A DNA stretch of 13,589 nucleotides from a bacterium (GTDB lineage: Bacteria > Electryoneota > Electryoneia > Electryoneales > Electryoneaceae): positions 1 through 13,589 of the forward strand of contig JAZDLX010000202.1 of NCBI GenBank assembly GCA_043801585.1. Reading direction: 5' to 3'. A program made the position numbers and the translations under genes. Below are positions 1-7,420 of the stretch, piece after piece. The notes under the pieces are model-generated. The model was not told where the DNA came from and did not search any database. It was given only the letters and a program-made list of their open reading frames with translations. Numbering within the stretch: the stretch's first letter is position 1; each line of letters starts with the position of its first letter.

Positions 1-284
1 CCGATGCGGATGCTTCGCACGGACCAGGTTCCGGGTGGGATATGCGACAGGTGAAAGAAACCATCCGGACCGGTCTGAGCCGCCGTCTTCAGTTCCTCGA
101 CTACCACGTCCACCCAGCCGAGAGGCTCCCCGCTGACGGCGTCTTCCACGTACCCCACGACCGTACCACTCGCCGTCAACATTGCGGATGACGACGCGGA
201 GGCGCTTCCCCACCCCATCCCGGCGATCATCACAATCGCCAGGACGAGATGGAGAACCCATTGATTGATGGCCGGAATTTTCAC
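1..284 (-). CDS. TonB-dependent receptor, N-terminal part (signal peptide + carboxypeptidase-regulatory-like domain); runs off the left edge
   Basis: Not in the ORF track; translated by hand from GTG at 284, which overlaps the upstream TGA (GTGA): MKIPAINQWVLHLVLAIVMIAGMGWGSASASSSAMLTASGTVVGYVEDAVSGEPLGWVDVVVEELKTAAQTGPDGFFHLSHIPPGTWSVRSIRIG... The G.V.D..SGEPL....V.V......T..DG.F.L..IPPG...V....IG pattern is typical of the N-terminal extension of FCB-type TonB receptors. The barrel lies outside the window. Confidence 0.75.
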   Translation of the reverse strand, partial: MKIPAINQWVLHLVLAIVMIAGMGWGSASASSSAMLTASGTVVGYVEDAVSGEPLGWVDVVVEELKTAAQTGPDGFFHLSHIPPGTWSVRSIRI

Positions 285-781
285 GGAGCCGCTGCGACGC
301 TGACGGGGAGTTCCGGTGATACGTAATCGTCGTGATCGTGGTGAGTGATCACAATCCGCGCCGTCGTTTCACCCTCCGTCACACCGGCAACCCGGAAATG
401 CCATTTTGTCCCGTCGGTAAACGTTCCCACAATCGCCTCCGCCAGGGGATCTGTAAACCTGACGACGAGACCATGGTCCGCGTCCACCTCTTCGACCGAA
501 TCTGCTTCACTCGGATCGAACCAGGTTCCGGCGTCATTCTTGAACAGCAGCGAGAGCCACTCCGTTGTGTCCCCCACGACGCACGCGAACATACCTGTCA
601 CATCAGTTCCGTCCGCCTGGACAAGCTGGGTATCGCCATCCATTACCCTCACACCCAGCGCGTCCAGGTGATCGCCTTCTTCTTTATCACCCGTAACACT
701 GTTGCTGCCGCAACCGTACAGCACAACAACGCCTATGATTAGAGCCGCCCCCAGCAGCCACCTTCTATGATTCCTACGCAT
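281..781 (-). CDS. His/acidic-rich lipoprotein, putative metal-binding partner of the downstream receptor (166 aa)
   Basis: ATG at 781 follows AAGGAGAG. Basic N-terminus, hydrophobic stretch and lipobox LYG-C. Contains EEGDH, ADH and C-terminal HHDHDDY. Stop overlaps the receptor start. Confidence 0.75.
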   Translation of the reverse strand: MRRNHRRWLLGAALIIGVVVLYGCGSNSVTGDKEEGDHLDALGVRVMDGDTQLVQADGTDVTGMFACVVGDTTEWLSLLFKNDAGTWFDPSEADSVEEVDADHGLVVRFTDPLAEAIVGTFTDGTKWHFRVAGVTEGETTARIVITHHDHDDYVSPELPVSVAAAP

Positions 782-907
782 GTTCTCTCCTTCAGGATAA
801 AACAGGTCTCGCCGCAACCCCTTCCTTCGGGTGCGACTTGACAGACCCCGGCTTATCCATCGCCGAAGTAGTTATTGATCGAATGGTATCCGGGCTTTCC
901 GGACAGT

Positions 908-1240
908 TCAGGAGTGAACGGGAGGATCCCGGGCGGAAGCGCGTCGGGTGTAATCGCCCCAGCAAAGGCAGGGCCGAACGAATTCAATCCGGCTCGTAAA
1001 GGAAAAAACAATGATTGGTTGAGAAACCAACGGACCGTGCGCGAGCATAACCCGCATCACGGGGCATATCTCGTCCTCATCGGCGTTCTGGAGAATAAAA
1101 CCGCTTTGATCAAAGGCCGGGTTGGTGGGAGGAGGCTGCGGAAATCCGTGGTTGTGGTGCAGATCGAGCGTCAGGACAAACGGGAGATACCAGGCGATTG
1201 CCAGCAATGTGACGGTACGACGGAACTGCGTCGTGATCAC
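908..1240 (-). CDS. Small leader-type protein (110 aa): TM/signal segment, HHNH, CPVM, C-terminal RDPP; DUF2946/CruR-like architecture
   Basis: GTG at 1240 follows GGAGGAGG and lies just downstream of a near-consensus promoter. Sequence MITTQFRRTVTLLAIAWYLPFVLTLDLHHNH...DEICPVM...PCLC...RRASARDPPVHS. First gene before lipoprotein + TonB receptor. Confidence 0.7.
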   Translation of the reverse strand: MITTQFRRTVTLLAIAWYLPFVLTLDLHHNHGFPQPPPTNPAFDQSGFILQNADEDEICPVMRVMLAHGPLVSQPIIVFSFTSRIEFVRPCLCWGDYTRRASARDPPVHS

Positions 1241-1283
1241 GGCATTCCCTCCTCCACCCACCACCTGTTAGGGCACCTTAATT

Positions 1284-1312
1284 AGTGTAAAACAACAACG
1301 AACTGTTTTCAA
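1284..1312 (-). promoter_or_regulatory. Sigma70-type promoter for the leader/lipoprotein/receptor unit
   Basis: Minus strand TTGAAA (1312-1307), 17-nt spacer, TACACT (1289-1284), in an AT-rich gap 44 nt upstream of the GTG at 1240. Confidence 0.7.
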
Positions 1313-1319
1313 GGAAAAT

Positions 1320-1901
1320 TCAGCGAATGAGGAGTACGTGCAGGGATTGGGGTCCGTGCACGCCCAGCACCAGTTCTTTCTCGATGTCCGCGGTGCGGCT
1401 TGGTCCGGTGACGAACACGGCGTTGCCGTTCGTCCGTCCGCTTTTCTGCCAGAGATGGAACAGCGCCGCAATGTCCGGCACGACACAGTCCGCGGAGAGC
1501 AGGACGACGTGATGTGCCGGCAGCAGGCTGACCGCCCGTTGATCGGTTGACAGCGGTGGCAGCAGCAGCGTTCCCGTTTCCGCGGCAATTGCCAGCGCGG
1601 AGGTGATTCCCACATCCGCCTCCGCAAGTCGCTGCTTCCACTCCGCCACCGACGTTTCATCCATCAGCATGGTGGGTGGAGCGATCACAGCGGTGGCTCC
1701 GCGCGAAGTGACAGCCTCCACAACGCCAAAGTCAACAAGCTCCTCTTCGCTCGTGATCGCAACAGCCTGCGCTTTCAGTGAGTCGAGGAGGGAGACTACG
1801 GTTTTCGCAATCCCTTTTCGGTCCGTTATTGTCAACGTGGCGTCCACGCTTTCGAGGGCTTCGCGGAGAGTTTTCTGGAGGGTGCGGCCGCTGTCAGGCA
1901 T
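1320..1901 (-). CDS. lutC: Lactate utilisation protein C (LUD domain, LutC/YkgG)
   Basis: Motifs ADVGIT.A..AIAAETGT, SLLP..HVV and FVTGPSRTADIEKELVLGVHGP. ATG at 1901 follows GGAGG and overlaps the lutB stop (ATGCCTGA). Confidence 0.9.
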   Translation of the reverse strand: MPDSGRTLQKTLREALESVDATLTITDRKGIAKTVVSLLDSLKAQAVAITSEEELVDFGVVEAVTSRGATAVIAPPTMLMDETSVAEWKQRLAEADVGITSALAIAAETGTLLLPPLSTDQRAVSLLPAHHVVLLSADCVVPDIAALFHLWQKSGRTNGNAVFVTGPSRTADIEKELVLGVHGPQSLHVLLIR

Positions 1902-3315
1902 CGTCCGTTTCCTCCGGATCGTCCGCAGCATCCTGGAACAGTTCCCGGAACGGATGCTTCGCGAAGGCTGGCGGATCGCGATGATCGGTCCATCCCGGAA
2001 TGATCATCTTTCCCGCCCCGCCCGGCCACACCGACTGGATGCCATGTGCGAATTTCGCCGCAGCCTCGTAGCGCCCATGCGAGCTCATCACCTCCCGAAA
2101 GACTCGCCAGAGTCCCCGCTGGGGGTCGAGTGCGGAACGGATTTCCACTCGGTGTTTTCTCAGGGTGAGCAACAGCTTGGGAATCGAAATCGAGACCGGA
2201 CAGGTTTCCTCGCACGCACCGCACAGGCTGCTGGCGAAGGGGTGGTCCGGCGCATTCCGTATCCCCTCGCGGGCCGGCGTAAAGACAGCTCCAATCGGAC
2301 CGGGATAGACGCCCCCGTAGGGGTGACCTCCCACCTGCTGATAAACCGGGCAGGCGTTCAGGCATGCGCCGCAGCGGATGCAGCGCAGCACTTCCCGCAT
2401 CTCGTTGTCCTCGTGGATCCGTTTCCGGCCGTTGTCGATGACGATCACATGCACCTGACGGGGATCTCCTCCGGCTGGATCGGGGCCGTGGGTCAGGTTC
2501 AGGTAAACCGACGCGCGCTGTCCGGTGGCGCTCCGTGAAAGGAGTTGCCAGAGTTGGGCGAGGTCATCAAGGGATTGCGTCACCCGCTCCCAGCCCATCA
2601 ACGCGATCACCACCTTGGGCAGGGTGGTCACCATCCGCCCGTTACCTTCGTTCGTCACCGTGGCAAGGTGCCCGGTTTCGGCAACGGCGAAATTGACACC
2701 GATTATTCCCACGTCCGCGGAGAGGAACTGCCTGCGCAGCGTCCGCCGCACGATCTGGGTTAACGCAGAAGGATCTTCCGTGTACTCGACCCCGAGCTTT
2801 TCCACAAACAGGCGGCCGATGTCTTGACGGCTGAGGTGCATTGCCGGCATGGTAATGTGGCTCGGAGTCTCCCCGCGAAGCTGTACGATGTACTCGCCGA
2901 GATCAGTCTCGATGGTTTCGATTCCGTGGCCCTCAAAGAATGTGTTGATCTCAATTTCTTCGGAAAGCATGGATTTGGATTTCACCACACGTTTCGCACC
3001 TGCGTCACGGATAATCCTCAATGCGATCGTTTGTGCCTGTTCACCGTCCGGCGCCTCGTGCACGGTGATGCCGTTTTCCGCCCAGCGTTGGCGAAGTTGC
3101 GCGTGCAGCTCGCCGAGATGGTCGATGGCGTCCTGGCGGCGCAGTGTGGCGTTTTCCCGGCGATCGTTGAAGTTCGGCCATTCCGCAACACGGACGGCTC
3201 GGGCGTCCACGGCCTTGCGGGTGTTTTTCTTGAACGGAGGATCGCTGGAACGGGTTTTCAGCACCGCCATGATCTGCCGTTTCAATTCTTTGGGACGGGT
3301 GGCGCGGCTCATCAT
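1894..3315 (-). CDS. lutB: Lactate utilisation protein B (LUD domain + two 4Fe-4S motifs, LutB/YkgF/LldF)
   Basis: Motifs VKSKSM.SEEI, ETDLGEYIVQL, PSHI.MPAMH, NEGNGR, CIRCGACLNACPVY, YPGPIG and SSLCGACEETCPV. ATGA overlap with the lutA stop. Confidence 0.95.
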   Translation of the reverse strand: MMSRATRPKELKRQIMAVLKTRSSDPPFKKNTRKAVDARAVRVAEWPNFNDRRENATLRRQDAIDHLGELHAQLRQRWAENGITVHEAPDGEQAQTIALRIIRDAGAKRVVKSKSMLSEEIEINTFFEGHGIETIETDLGEYIVQLRGETPSHITMPAMHLSRQDIGRLFVEKLGVEYTEDPSALTQIVRRTLRRQFLSADVGIIGVNFAVAETGHLATVTNEGNGRMVTTLPKVVIALMGWERVTQSLDDLAQLWQLLSRSATGQRASVYLNLTHGPDPAGGDPRQVHVIVIDNGRKRIHEDNEMREVLRCIRCGACLNACPVYQQVGGHPYGGVYPGPIGAVFTPAREGIRNAPDHPFASSLCGACEETCPVSISIPKLLLTLRKHRVEIRSALDPQRGLWRVFREVMSSHGRYEAAAKFAHGIQSVWPGGAGKMIIPGWTDHRDPPAFAKHPFRELFQDAADDPEETDDA

Positions 3316-4052
3316 CCCTCCATTTCCCCCGCGAGAATGCGGGCATAATGGAGGGTTTTGATCGGCAGTTTTCTGCGAGAGATCATCCCCGCAAGGTGCA
3401 TCAGGCAGGAATCGTCCGTGGCGGTGACAATGGAAGCCCCGCTTTTTTCAATCGCCTGGATCTTGTCCTCGCCCATCGCCGCGGAAAGAGTGGAAAACTT
3501 AACCGCGAACATTCCTCCAAATCCGCAGCACCGCCGCTGGTCGTCCAGCTCGACGAGATCGATCCGGTCCATCGATCGCAACAGCGAAAGCGGTTGGTTC
3601 AGGATACCCAGCTCTCGGTAGCCGTGGCAGGAGGTGTGATAAGCCACACGGTGCGGAAACGCCCCGGGGAGCTTCTTCACACCCAGTATATCTACAAGGA
3701 ATTCCGAAAGCTCCCAGATCCGGGTTCGCAGCGACTCCCATCGCTGCGCGTCTTCGCCCTCCAGACCCAGTTCACCATAATGGCAGCGCACCATCGCGAC
3801 ACAGCTCGCCGATGGTGCGACAATGGCCTCCGCGTCCTGAAACAACCGGAGGAACCGTTTCGCAAGGTGGGCGGCGTCATGGTGGAAGCCGGAGTTGAAA
3901 GCCGGTTGCCCGCAGCAGGTCTGCTCCCGTTCATACACCACCTCGAGTCCCTGCCTGCGCAGAAGGTGGACTGTGGCGAGTCCGGTTTCCGGGAAAAACT
4001 GATCGACAAAACAGGGGATAAAGAGGTGCACGCGGCCGGGTGCCGTCGCCAT
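3312..4052 (-). CDS. lutA: Lactate utilisation protein A (two CCG domains, LutA/YkgE)
   Basis: Motifs LFIPCFVDQFFP, QTCCGQPAFNSG, PSASCVAM, YHTSCH, CCGFGGMFAVKF and SCLMHL. ATG at 4052 follows AGGAG and is preferred to the ORF-track start at 4151. Confidence 0.95.
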   Translation of the reverse strand: MATAPGRVHLFIPCFVDQFFPETGLATVHLLRRQGLEVVYEREQTCCGQPAFNSGFHHDAAHLAKRFLRLFQDAEAIVAPSASCVAMVRCHYGELGLEGEDAQRWESLRTRIWELSEFLVDILGVKKLPGAFPHRVAYHTSCHGYRELGILNQPLSLLRSMDRIDLVELDDQRRCCGFGGMFAVKFSTLSAAMGEDKIQAIEKSGASIVTATDDSCLMHLAGMISRRKLPIKTLHYARILAGEMEG

Positions 4053-4088
4053 TGCCTGCTCCTGGTTGCTGAATTTCCGCGAATCTGC

Positions 4089-4117
4089 AAGGTAGCGTCC
4101 GCAGCTCCCCGTTGCCA
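4089..4117 (-). promoter_or_regulatory. Possible sigma70 promoter for lutABC
   Basis: Minus strand TGGCAA, 17 nt, TACCTT (4094-4089), 37 nt upstream of the lutA ATG. Only a partial consensus match. Confidence 0.3.
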
Positions 4118-4277
4118 CGGGACGCTCCCTGATCCCCCTGATTTCGCGCACATTTCCGGACTCCCGGGGTCTGAGTGTGCCCTAACAATCCCCCTTCTTC
4201 CCGGCGGATCGTGAAGCTATCTTAGTTGCGAGGAGCAACTTTTGTAGACCGTTCACATTTCAGGGAAACGTGCAGTA

Positions 4278-5984
4278 ATGCTGAGAGCGTTCGCTTCCAC
4301 TCTTGTTCTGATCGCCGGCTTGCTTGCGTTTGTTTCGCCGGTGGCTACGACGGTGGCGGTCAATTTTGACGTCGCCGACCGTCTCCAGGACCGCCTCGCC
4401 CCGGAAGTGAACGGCAGCCGCATCTTCGCCGGCGGGGCGCCACTCGAGCACCCCGGGGCAGTCACTCTCTTTTATGAACGTCGTGGCTACACACCGGCAT
4501 GGAGCACTCCCGACGGCCCCACGGACCGCGCTGACCGCCTGTTGATGGCAATCCGAACAGTGATCGACGACGGGTTCACCGCGGACCACTATCCGTTGCA
4601 CCGCCTTGAACGGGCCCTCCGTTACGCATGGCATGACCCGAACAACACCGCGATCATGGTCGAACTCGACCTGATGTTGACCGACGCGTTCATGCGGGTT
4701 TCGCACGATCTCGCCGCCGGGATCGTGGATCCGAGCACCCTGGGGATTGGTATTTCGTCGTTCAATTGGGACGAAACAAACCTCCGCCGTATCGAAACGG
4801 GGATCGAAACGGGACGAATGATCGAGGCGCTGGAAAGCTTCCGCCCACGCCAAAGTCAGTACGAACGCCTCCGTAACGCCCTCAAGCTGCACCTGGCAAT
4901 CGCTCAGAAGGGCGGCTGGCCCGAAGTTGCCGAGGGGAAAACCCTCCGTCCCGGTGACAATGACCCCCGGATTCGTCAGATCCGGAAACGTCTCGCAGCA
5001 ACGGACGATCTACCCAGGGGAACCAGCGTTTACGGCTCGCAGTATGATGACAAACTCGTCGAGGCGGTCAAGGAGTTCCAGCGCCGGTACGGCCTGACGG
5101 CGGACGGCATCATCGGACAGGGCACTGTGGCTGCAATGAACATCTCTCCCGCACAGGTGGCGAGGGAGATCGAGCTGAACCTTGAACGCTGGCGCTGGCT
5201 GCCCGAGGATCTGGGGCGCCGACACCTGTGGGTGGACATTCCAGCCGGCCTGCTGTACATGTCGGACCAGGATTCCCTGCGACTGGACATGCGGGTGATG
5301 ATTGGCAGGGTCGATGATCCAACGCCCACTTTCTCCGACACGATGACCTACCTGGTGGTCAATCCCTATTGGGAAGTCCCGGCATCCATCGTGATGAAAA
5401 AGCTCTACCCCTATTTCTCCGAGGATCCAACGTTTTTCGAACGACACGGTATCGAGGTCTTTTCCGGGTGGCGCAACGGAGCCCATCGGATCGATCCGAC
5501 TCGGGTGAACTGGAAGAGTTACGATCCCGGCTATCTCCCTTTCCGGTTCCGGCAGAAACCCGGGCCCCTGAACGCCATGGGCCGAATCAAATTCATGTTC
5601 CCGAACCCCTATCACATCTACATCCACGACACGCCAAGCCGTTACCTCTTTGCGCGGGAACGGTACGCCTACACGAGCGGCTGCGTTCGCGTCCGGCGTC
5701 CCATCGACCTGGCTGAAATCCTGCTCGAAGACAGCAACTGGTGGACGGAGAAAAGGATCCATCGAGAGCTCGATAAAGGTGATGAACGAATACTTCACCT
5801 GAAACGGCCTATCCCCGTTCATCTTACCTACTTCACTGTTGTTGTCGATGACGATGGAAAGCTCCGGTTCCACCGCGACATCTACGGTTGGGACAATCTG
5901 CTCGACAGTGTCCTCGACTCCGGCGTTCGCCAGATCCTCGCCGCCGACCCCGGCGCAGCGAAGGGGCTTCGGAGCAGCGGCTGA
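4278..5984 (+). CDS. L,D-transpeptidase, YcbB/LdtD family (scaffold + peptidoglycan-binding + YkuD catalytic domain)
   Basis: Signal peptide; FY..RGY.PAW; PG-binding AVKEFQRRYGLTADGIIG; LNLERWRWLP; VVNPYWEVP; RQKPGPLNAMGRIKFMFPN; catalytic HDTP...SGCVRV; RDIYG.D. Confidence 0.93.
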   Translation: MLRAFASTLVLIAGLLAFVSPVATTVAVNFDVADRLQDRLAPEVNGSRIFAGGAPLEHPGAVTLFYERRGYTPAWSTPDGPTDRADRLLMAIRTVIDDGFTADHYPLHRLERALRYAWHDPNNTAIMVELDLMLTDAFMRVSHDLAAGIVDPSTLGIGISSFNWDETNLRRIETGIETGRMIEALESFRPRQSQYERLRNALKLHLAIAQKGGWPEVAEGKTLRPGDNDPRIRQIRKRLAATDDLPRGTSVYGSQYDDKLVEAVKEFQRRYGLTADGIIGQGTVAAMNISPAQVAREIELNLERWRWLPEDLGRRHLWVDIPAGLLYMSDQDSLRLDMRVMIGRVDDPTPTFSDTMTYLVVNPYWEVPASIVMKKLYPYFSEDPTFFERHGIEVFSGWRNGAHRIDPTRVNWKSYDPGYLPFRFRQKPGPLNAMGRIKFMFPNPYHIYIHDTPSRYLFARERYAYTSGCVRVRRPIDLAEILLEDSNWWTEKRIHRELDKGDERILHLKRPIPVHLTYFTVVVDDDGKLRFHRDIYGWDNLLDSVLDSGVRQILAADPGAAKGLRSSG

Positions 5985-6001
5985 GAGCCTGAACTTCATC
6001 A

Positions 6002-6046
6002 GCGACAGTTGCTTTGGATTCCGTAGGTGAAGCCACTGTCGTTTTT
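6002..6046 (+). terminator. Possible intrinsic terminator after the L,D-transpeptidase gene
   Basis: GCGACAGT (6002-6009) pairs with ACTGTCGT (6035-6042), with inner GCTTT/GAAGC pairing and a T run to 6046. The loop is large. Confidence 0.4.
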
Positions 6047-6129
6047 CAAAACCCTCCTTCCTCTTTTCCCGGCTCACCCTGCGCCCTACCTTACCCGCCA
6101 ACCCGTCGAATGATCCGTCTGGAGGCAGT

Positions 6130-7191
6130 GTGCGCATCTCGATCCTGATTCCATTCCACAAGGGCAACGAAACTCTCCCGCGAGTGTTCGACGCACTCGC
6201 CAGGCTCACGGTTCTCCCCAGCGACCAGCTCGAGGTGATGATTGCAGTCGACGGTAATGACGAGCTTCCGAATCCCAGCGCGTGGTCCTCCCTTTCCTGG
6301 CCGGTCCACCTCTTCCAGCAGGAGCAGCGTGGACAGTCCATGGCGACCAACCTCGCGGCACGTCAATCGACAGGCGACTGGTTGTGGCTCCTCGCGCAGG
6401 ATATGTTGCCCCACCCCGGGGCCCTCGTCGAGCTGCTGCGGACGGCGGGCCGCTGCCCGAACAGTCTCATCCAGGGTCACATCGACCACCACCCGGATCT
6501 TCTGAACGATTCGTTCACCCGTTACGTGGCGCTGGAATCCAATTTCCAGTTCTCCTTCCATGCGTTCGAGGATCCGGAAAACCTGAAGGCCGGCCAGCAT
6601 TACAGCCCCCACGCCCTCGTCGAACGACTCCGCTTTCTGACTATCGGCGGGTACGACGAACAATTCCCCTACGGCTTTCAGGACGCCGATTTCGGACTCC
6701 GCTGGAAGCTGAACGGCGATCGGATCGTTTACGCTAGGGATTCCATCGCCCTACATGAACACACTTATGATTTCAAGAGTTACGCTCGCCGCCAGTTTCA
6801 AATCGGGCGCGCGGCGGTGGATTTTTTCGTCAAATGGGGGCGGCAGGACTACCTTGCTCTTTACTCCGGAACGCTGATCGACTTCGAAACCCGCCAGCAG
6901 CCGCACCTGGCCGCCTGCCGGAGACTCGTAGAGGAGTGGCTCGAGACGGGCGTTGCCGGCGCCCTGCCACCGGAGGCAACGAGACCAAACCCCAAGGACA
7001 GCGATCTGCAAAACGCACTGTTCCTGTTGCTCGGCTGGGAGTACCTGAAAGGTATTCGTGAACGTCTTGAAGAACAGGGGCTTACGGGAATCACCCCGCC
7101 CGACACCGTCCGTAACGCCGACGGCAGCCTACCCCACCCCTTTTCCTGGGTGGACACCCTCACCAGCGACCGTGCTCGCCCAAGACACTGA
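6130..7191 (+). CDS. Glycosyltransferase family 2 (GT-A fold)
   Basis: GTG start follows GGAGG. Motifs ISILIPF, EVMIAVDG, GQSMATNLAARQSTGDWLWLL, IGGYDEQFPYGFQDADFGLRW and I.Y...SIALHEH. Confidence 0.85.
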   Translation: MRISILIPFHKGNETLPRVFDALARLTVLPSDQLEVMIAVDGNDELPNPSAWSSLSWPVHLFQQEQRGQSMATNLAARQSTGDWLWLLAQDMLPHPGALVELLRTAGRCPNSLIQGHIDHHPDLLNDSFTRYVALESNFQFSFHAFEDPENLKAGQHYSPHALVERLRFLTIGGYDEQFPYGFQDADFGLRWKLNGDRIVYARDSIALHEHTYDFKSYARRQFQIGRAAVDFFVKWGRQDYLALYSGTLIDFETRQQPHLAACRRLVEEWLETGVAGALPPEATRPNPKDSDLQNALFLLLGWEYLKGIRERLEEQGLTGITPPDTVRNADGSLPHPFSWVDTLTSDRARPRH

Positions 7192-7215
7192 TCACCCCGG
7201 TGCTACAGCCCTGAA

Positions 7216-7312
7216 AAATGTACCAGGTACAATTATTTATACTTATAAATCCCTAATAAACAAGATCATTCTTTCTATTTGTAACAGAAAACTAAATGTA
7301 CCTGGTACATTT
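7216..7312. repeat. 97-bp AT-rich element bounded by two inverted, individually palindromic repeats (REP-doublet/MITE-like, or paired operators)
   Basis: AAATGTACCAGGTACAATTATTT (7216-7238) versus the reverse complement read from 7312, AAATGTACCAGGTACATTTAGTT: first 16 nt identical, 21/23 overall. Hand count gives 25 G+C in 97 nt (about 26%). Confidence 0.75.
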
Positions 7313-7420
7313 ATTAGAACCCAAGTTTTCAGTCTACGACTCGTGAGGTAACCTTTTATCGCCGATAGAGATATATTGAGAGGTGAAGTGTGTCCAGACG
7401 AGGACAGCGTGTGTAAAACG

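Noticed and set aside
782..907. Cobalamin or other known riboswitch upstream of the TonB receptor unit
   Set aside because: I could not find a B12 box or other conserved riboswitch core motifs on the minus strand.
7..1962. 12-nt direct repeat CGGATGCTTCGC at 7-18 and 1951-1962
   Set aside because: Both copies lie inside coding sequence, and a 12-mer match is expected by chance in a window this size.
5620..5700. L,D-transpeptidase motif reads YTSGC rather than SHGC
   Set aside because: The catalytic His (HDTP) and Cys are intact, and SSGC-type variants are common in the YcbB family.
5010..6350. 446-aa minus-strand ORF, and other long antisense ORFs (1603-2538, 3348-4214, 4260-4892, 12417-13076)
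   Set aside because: They lie opposite well-supported genes, have no recognisable motifs, and are expected shadow ORFs in GC-rich DNA.
7216..7313. Possible minimal CRISPR array (repeat-spacer-repeat)
   Set aside because: Only two short copies, best matched in inverted orientation, with a spacer over 50 nt of very AT-rich sequence and no cas genes in the window.
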